Shown piece by piece: positions 58,411 to 64,000 of a DNA stretch of 64,000 bases. The position numbers and the translations under genes are program-made. This stretch comes from an uncultured bacterium (GTDB lineage Bacteria > Muiribacteriota > Ozemobacteria > Ozemobacterales > Ozemobacteraceae): assembly GCA_964483805.1 (NCBI GenBank), contig CAZADH010000003.1:6414-70413 (forward strand), given 5' to 3'. The first letter of the stretch is position 1. The number at the start of each line of letters is the position of its first letter. The notes beneath the pieces are model-generated. The model saw only the letters and a program-made list of their open reading frames with translations. It was not told the DNA's origin and searched no databases.

Positions 58411-59441
58411 ACAGACAATCCGCAACCAGGAGGTATGGTTTCATGCGCGTTCCGCACCACCGTATGGCGTTGCCGATGGTGATCGCGATTATGTTGCTGT
58501 CGTATTGCCCATGGCCGTGCTTTGCCCAGGGCGCCGCCGCAGGTTTGCCGGTGATGTATTCGATCGACTACAAAATGACACTTGCCCTGCATCCGCTCAT
58601 GGCCAACTACGACCTGGTGCTCGGTCGGCACCTGCGCGGCGAGATCGCCTTCCACGATACGAAGGTCATGAACGAGGTCAACGCCCGCATCAACCAATTG
58701 AACGCTGCCGCCCAGCCTCGCATCAAGAGCCTGCAGAAGAAGTTCGATCTGCTCGCGATCGAGCGCAGCAAGGTCGGCGAGCGCATGCAGGCCATGGTCG
58801 GTCAGGCCAATGCCGAGCGCGGCACCTTCGATCAGGTACAAACCAACAAGGCTCAGAAAGGCAAGATTGCCGACCTCGATCGTCAGATGGTCGAGATTCA
58901 GGCCCAGATGCAGGCGGCACAGGACGAAGTGCTCGATCCCATCTACCTGACCCGGGCCCAGTCGAAAGAGAGAATCAACCAGGCGTTGACCGAGATCGAC
59001 CACCTGCTCGCGAACATCTCGGCGCAGCGCGGTGGAGCCATCATCATCGATCGCGACTTCGTGCGCCCGACCCCGCTACAGAGCCAACAGATCAACACGG
59101 CGGCGACGGTGGGTGCCGATCCGCTGAGCATCAACCTCTTTCAGAAGGTGCTCACCGGTGATCTGGTTGCCAGGATCCCGGAGGTGTATCAGAAGGATCC
59201 CGAGTTGCAGCGCTATGCCGCGCAGATGCGGGCTCAAATGGCGACCGGCTTCGATCGCAATGTGGCAACCCAAATGTCGAAGGCCCCCCTGTATGCGGCA
59301 ATTCCTGCGACCGGACGCCTGTTCCTGGTCGGCGGCGAGCAGGCCGATCTCACCCGACAGGTTATCACCGAAATATATCGTCAACACAATGTGCGCACAG
59401 AAGTGGCGCAGCGGATTCTCGCCGCGATCAAGATCGACTGA
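58407..59441 (+). CDS. Hypothetical secreted protein (paralog B)
   Basis: Signal sequence (MALPMVIAIMLLSY...); LALHPLMANYD motif; Q-rich coiled-coil; ATGA overlap with paralog A. Confidence 0.5.
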   Translation: MNRQSATRRYGFMRVPHHRMALPMVIAIMLLSYCPWPCFAQGAAAGLPVMYSIDYKMTLALHPLMANYDLVLGRHLRGEIAFHDTKVMNEVNARINQLNAAAQPRIKSLQKKFDLLAIERSKVGERMQAMVGQANAERGTFDQVQTNKAQKGKIADLDRQMVEIQAQMQAAQDEVLDPIYLTRAQSKERINQALTEIDHLLANISAQRGGAIIIDRDFVRPTPLQSQQINTAATVGADPLSINLFQKVLTGDLVARIPEVYQKDPELQRYAAQMRAQMATGFDRNVATQMSKAPLYAAIPATGRLFLVGGEQADLTRQVITEIYRQHNVRTEVAQRILAAIKID

Positions 59442-59496
59442 AGCGTGCGGCTGATGGGGCCGCGAGCCGATGGGGCAATCGGACACGGGGAGGTAA

Positions 59497-62400
59497 ATGC
59501 GTATGTTGCACACACCAGTCAGCGACAAATCCTGGGCATGGCCATTGGTGGTGGTCATCCTCCTGGCGACCGTCCTACCGGCATCGGCCGAACTCGCCAA
59601 GGAGTATCAGCGCAACGGTGAGTGCTATCTTCTGGTCGGGCACAGCAATCCCACGTTCCGCGGGGTCTACCGGCTCAACAACCCCGCCGGCGAACCCGAC
59701 GGCAATCCCCTCGGCCGCCTGTTCGACCCACAGGATTCCTATGGCATTTCGGTCAACCTCAACCGTCAGGTTTACACCTTCAGCGTCACGGTGGCCCCGA
59801 CCTACACGTTCGACGCGAGCGTCACGTTGCCAAGGTTGTTGAAGGCGTACGGTGGTGTCGGTCTCTACGGTGCCCACTGCGACACCCGCAAGTCCTATTA
59901 CGTCAGCACCGACGGCATCACATACAATCAGTCGAACCAGCCTGTGTATACTACTGCGGGCCCAATGGGCAATGAGAACGGCGTCAGTTGGGGCAGTTCC
60001 AATCTTTCGTGGGGCTGGAGTGGCATCGTCGTGCCGACGGCCCAGTATCCCTGGGGCTGGTACGTCCAGAAAACCGCTGTGTACTGCGACAGCAACTGCA
60101 TCTACACGAACGGCTATAGCGACGCATACTGGTGCTACTTCCTGAGCACCGATGCCAGCGGCTATGGCAATGTGCCAAATGGCGGTTGGTGGCAGAGTCG
60201 CGATCCCGACCCGGCCGGCCGACCCGGCAATCTCTTCTACTGGGATCGCGCTTTTCGTAAGTACACCAAGTACGATCTGTTGCGTTGGCAGAAGTCGCTC
60301 GGCGTTCAAGGCGGTGGTGCCCCAGTCTATGCGCAATACATGGGCCCGGCCGACTCGATCTACGACGAGATCGTCAAGCGGTCGCGCATCTCGGCGTGCA
60401 TGAATTGCGTGTGCGTGAGCGGCAGCAACGACTCGTCCTTCCCGACGACGCCGAAATACGTATGGTTGGCCTTGTCGCCGTTCGGTCGTACCTATTTGTA
60501 TTCACGCACCGAGACCAGCACTGCAGACGGCCAGGTGCGCCTCAACGGCAGTCCGATGTCGTATCCCGCAACCAACATCATTGGCTATCTCAATGATCTG
60601 TCGACGAAGTGGATCGGGGTATCGAGTCAGAACCTGACCTCGGATTACGTCTATCTGCTGGGCAAGCGCATCGTCAAGGAATGGCTCGCCGCCTACAGCA
60701 TCACCGTGCCGGCCGACTTCGATGTTCATGCGGTCGCTGTCTCTGACCAGTGGTGGCTCGAGGGTGGCATCATCTTTGCCTACGACAAGAACAACGGCTA
60801 CGTCTACCAGTTCATCCGCAACGACAAAGGCGGCGCCAACACGTGCAAGTCGAAACCCACCTCGCGGTATCTGGGCACCAACATCGATGACGTGCGGGCC
60901 GACGGTTTCGGCAACTGTTTCTATTCGAAAACCACGGTCACCCCGGCCACCACCGGCATCACCTGGCCCCAGGCAACGTCGTTCACCCTCGCCGGAACAT
61001 CGGGGGGGCGCAGCTACGGCTACGTCTGGTACAACCAGAAGGTCGACAAAACGGTGTTCAAGAGCGAGCTGGGTTCGACCATCAGCACCGAGGTTGGCAA
61101 GGTCTTTATCGGCAACAACGTATTCCGGCGCTTGTTCTCCGTTCCTTCGGCCCGCTGGGGCCTGCTCACCCTGGCCCTTCTACCCACCGAGGAAACCACG
61201 GCCGGGTGGCAGTGGAACAGCGCTTTGGCGCAAACCACCTCGGTCACGGAACCAGGGCGCGTCCAGCTTGGCGTCATCAACGTGGCCACCCCGCCCGTCG
61301 TCGAGAAACCCAACGGGCGCACCGGGGCGATCGACATCATTGCCAAAACGCCCGGCATGCCGATGTACCCGAATTGGACCACGCCGGTCTTGCAGGGTCT
61401 CTACGAATTCGGCGTCGAAAACGCCCCCGAGTGGAACGGCAAGATCAACATCGTCACCCCCGGCAAGAGCAAGTGGGCCGGCGACACCAACGGCAACGGG
61501 TTCGAAGGCGGGTTCGTCAGTTCGGTCAAGAACGACTCCGCCAGCATCGACAACTCCCCCGACGTTTTGTATACCTGGCGTATTTACAAAATCCAAGACA
61601 GCTATCTCAACCCACTGACCCCGAACGAGTTGGTCAAGGAAGTGGTCGACACGACTGTTCCTTCGATCAAATGCTACCTGCGTTCAGGCGTATTCCAGAT
61701 CGAATGCTCGACAAAATTCAAGTGGTATAACTACGACGTATTGACATTCGGCTCGACGGTCGCGTCTCTGGCCGAGTGTTTGCGGCCGACCGGCGGAGGT
61801 TATGAGATCGCCTCGGCGGCGACTCTGCCCGATCCGTCCAACATCATCAACGTTGCCCATTTTCCGGGCATGCATGCGGTGCCGGCCAAAACCGCGGTCT
61901 ACATGGTTACGGTCAATCCGGGGCCACCACCGCCAACCGGCACACTCGTCGATATCCAGAATCACACCGCCGCGGTGCCACCGCCGCCAGCCGTGCCGGT
62001 GCCGCCGACCACGGGATGGAAGAACCCGTCGGTGCTCGGTTCGATGAAGTACCATGTGGCCACGCAGGGCCAGACCCTGTGGTGGCGCATCGACCCCGCG
62101 CTGCTCAACAATCTGTGGAACCTGCCGACGATCACCGACTCGAACCGGGTGCCGGGTACCTTGAAGTGGCAGAGTGACGCCCAGTTCGACTGGGGGTTCG
62201 CGGTGATCATGCCCAACGGCACCGAGTATGCGCCGTTGCAGGTGTCGCGCTACACCAACGAAACGACCAAGAACACCGCAATCACGTTCGGTCTCGATTT
62301 CCCGACCGACCCGCAGGTCGGTTCGCTCACCTGCACGGCCTATCGTGACTGGGAGTACGAACGCAACGTCTACGACATCGACGGCAACTACCTGGGCACC

Positions 62401-63750
62401 GAGAAGGTCACGGGCCATGTGCAGTACGACGGTCGCGTCAATGTTCTGGTCATCGACACGCAACCGCCAATCGTTCGAGCGGTCAACGGGGTGACGACCC
62501 TGCCGCGTAATCCGTTGTTTTACGGCACCACCTATGGGCTCGTCGATGCGGCTGTTCCGGGATACGCCAATCCGGCAAGTTTCTCGATTCTCGTCCGCGA
62601 CAACAACCCGTTTGCCAACATGAACATCACGAGTCCGATTCCGCAGAGCCGACACAATCGCGCCACCCGCCTCAGCGCCACGTTCTACTTCGAGCGCGGC
62701 GCTGGGAAGGGGTTGTTCCCGACCACGGCAAGCCCGACCAAACTTGCGTATTACACCAGTCCCGGTGCGGGTCCGTTGTCACCGACGACGGTTCCCGACA
62801 TCACCACGGCCTGGGTCACGCAACCCGGTCGCGCCTTGATGCGCAAGCCGTTGCCCTACACGCCCAGCGCCACCTACAGCGAAATCCTGTATGCACTCAA
62901 TATTGCCAACTGGAACGACATGCAGGACAATACCACCGATCCAACGGGGCTCGACTACTACCGGCGTTGGCCGACCAACTTCGCCAACAACTCGCCCATT
63001 GCGGTGTACAATGCAGACGGCGCGGTCGGCGCTGCCCATCCTGGTTATGCTCTGTTGTTCGTGGCCAGCGACAGTTCGGGCAACTTGCGAACGGTCATGG
63101 ACATGTCCGGCAAACCCGTTCCGGATCCCACTCACCTCGGCAACGTCTGGATCAAGGACACGTTGCCACCAGTCGCCTGGGCCAGCATTCGCGACTATGC
63201 CAACAGTTTCCCGCCCGAGACGATTCTCAATAACCTGCCCGCCTATACGTCCGGCGTCATCCGTTACGATCTCTTGCCGACAGCAACGCAGTGGACCCCC
63301 AACTCGAGCGGCAATTTCTACAATGGCGCGCTGGGCAACGTGACCGGCATCCCCTGGTCGCTGGCCTCGCCGCTACCGGTAGCGGTCGGCACGCATCCGC
63401 CCGAGATCCAGGAAGGTATGGAGGTGTTCTTGAGCCTCTTCACGGGCGACAACATCGCCACCGCCACGACGCCACGGGCCAGCATGTCGATTCTCGGACC
63501 GATGGCTGGTTCGCTGTTCTACGAGCGTTTGGCTTCGACGATCAGCGCCAACACCACCAGCAGTTACCCGAATATTCGCGTGCTCTTGCAGCACCCGGGC
63601 GTCTATAACTGCACCCTGACGGTGTCCGATACCGCCATCGATTTCCCCGGCACGGCTGCCCCCAACTCGCGCGAGGTTCGTTTCGGCATTATCGTTTCAC
63701 CTACGCGCATGGACATTCGCGTGCTCGATCGCAAGCAAAACAAATACTGA
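59497..63750 (+). CDS. Giant secreted protein (1417 aa), hypothetical adhesin-like
   Basis: Signal peptide; Y/W/G/N/T-rich beta-type composition; no catalytic motifs recognised. Confidence 0.6.
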   Translation: MRMLHTPVSDKSWAWPLVVVILLATVLPASAELAKEYQRNGECYLLVGHSNPTFRGVYRLNNPAGEPDGNPLGRLFDPQDSYGISVNLNRQVYTFSVTVAPTYTFDASVTLPRLLKAYGGVGLYGAHCDTRKSYYVSTDGITYNQSNQPVYTTAGPMGNENGVSWGSSNLSWGWSGIVVPTAQYPWGWYVQKTAVYCDSNCIYTNGYSDAYWCYFLSTDASGYGNVPNGGWWQSRDPDPAGRPGNLFYWDRAFRKYTKYDLLRWQKSLGVQGGGAPVYAQYMGPADSIYDEIVKRSRISACMNCVCVSGSNDSSFPTTPKYVWLALSPFGRTYLYSRTETSTADGQVRLNGSPMSYPATNIIGYLNDLSTKWIGVSSQNLTSDYVYLLGKRIVKEWLAAYSITVPADFDVHAVAVSDQWWLEGGIIFAYDKNNGYVYQFIRNDKGGANTCKSKPTSRYLGTNIDDVRADGFGNCFYSKTTVTPATTGITWPQATSFTLAGTSGGRSYGYVWYNQKVDKTVFKSELGSTISTEVGKVFIGNNVFRRLFSVPSARWGLLTLALLPTEETTAGWQWNSALAQTTSVTEPGRVQLGVINVATPPVVEKPNGRTGAIDIIAKTPGMPMYPNWTTPVLQGLYEFGVENAPEWNGKINIVTPGKSKWAGDTNGNGFEGGFVSSVKNDSASIDNSPDVLYTWRIYKIQDSYLNPLTPNELVKEVVDTTVPSIKCYLRSGVFQIECSTKFKWYNYDVLTFGSTVASLAECLRPTGGGYEIASAATLPDPSNIINVAHFPGMHAVPAKTAVYMVTVNPGPPPPTGTLVDIQNHTAAVPPPPAVPVPPTTGWKNPSVLGSMKYHVATQGQTLWWRIDPALLNNLWNLPTITDSNRVPGTLKWQSDAQFDWGFAVIMPNGTEYAPLQVSRYTNETTKNTAITFGLDFPTDPQVGSLTCTAYRDWEYERNVYDIDGNYLGTEKVTGHVQYDGRVNVLVIDTQPPIVRAVNGVTTLPRNPLFYGTTYGLVDAAVPGYANPASFSILVRDNNPFANMNITSPIPQSRHNRATRLSATFYFERGAGKGLFPTTASPTKLAYYTSPGAGPLSPTTVPDITTAWVTQPGRALMRKPLPYTPSATYSEILYALNIANWNDMQDNTTDPTGLDYYRRWPTNFANNSPIAVYNADGAVGAAHPGYALLFVASDSSGNLRTVMDMSGKPVPDPTHLGNVWIKDTLPPVAWASIRDYANSFPPETILNNLPAYTSGVIRYDLLPTATQWTPNSSGNFYNGALGNVTGIPWSLASPLPVAVGTHPPEIQEGMEVFLSLFTGDNIATATTPRASMSILGPMAGSLFYERLASTISANTTSSYPNIRVLLQHPGVYNCTLTVSDTAIDFPGTAAPNSREVRFGIIVSPTRMDIRVLDRKQNKY

Positions 63751-63762
63751 CGCCCGGCTCAT

Positions 63763-64000
63763 GGGCATGATCGACCACCGCCACTGCGCCCGCACCTTCT
63801 GTGCTGTCCTGGTGGCGGTAGTTTGTTTCTGCACGCCGGCGGCGACCCATGCGTGTTCCGAGTACCAACACGTATGGCAGACGGTCGGCGAGAACTCAAC
63901 CGCGGAGCTCACCCCACAGGTTCTCACCGTCTTTCTCGAACTCGTGGCCCGTCATCTTCCCGACCCGCCAGCATCGTGGGGACTGACCATCGTAGGTCTA
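63763..64000 (+). CDS. Partial ORF (5' end) for a signal-peptide-bearing protein, continues beyond the window
   Basis: MGMIDHRHCARTFCAVLVAVVCFCTPAATHA... open to the window end. Confidence 0.3.

Overview
High-GC (~65%) bacterial chromosomal window. It is rich in secreted proteins, lipoproteins, pseudopilins and large sensor proteins, a gene content consistent with Planctomycetota/Verrucomicrobiota or a related lineage. The central observation is a ~16.4 kb genomic island candidate (about 4306..20692). An intact tRNA-Cys (20638..20709, minus strand) and a 58-bp direct repeat of its 3' part (4306..4363) bracket it. The island carries hicAB and vapBC-like toxin-antitoxin pairs behind a shared 48-bp upstream element, a frameshifted ~1160-aa lipoprotein (C39-like peptidase + LamG + FGE-sulfatase domains) flanked by two ORF-free regions packed with CAGGTAAC boxes, a sigma-54 enhancer-binding protein, a truncated dnaE (PHP) remnant, and three nuclease genes (Mrr, a small PD-(D/E)xK protein, DUF559). 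No integrase was found. A Cys-Phe-Asp-Val tRNA cluster lies immediately right of the island. The remaining ~43 kb is mostly housekeeping and signalling: prmA, an ADP-ribosylglycohydrolase, pcp, ahcY co-transcribed with an ArsR-methyltransferase fusion, nfo, a DnaB-family helicase, a 1684-aa hybrid histidine kinase, and two tandem HAMP-PP2C sensor phosphatases. Notable items there are a secreted vertebrate-type protein-arginine deiminase (PAD) homolog directly behind a B12-binding radical SAM gene, an archaeal-type (DUF120) riboflavin-kinase-like protein, and a pseudopilin cluster followed by two paralogous secreted proteins and a 1417-aa secreted giant. Many long ORFs in the six-frame track are antisense shadows typical of high-GC DNA and were not called.
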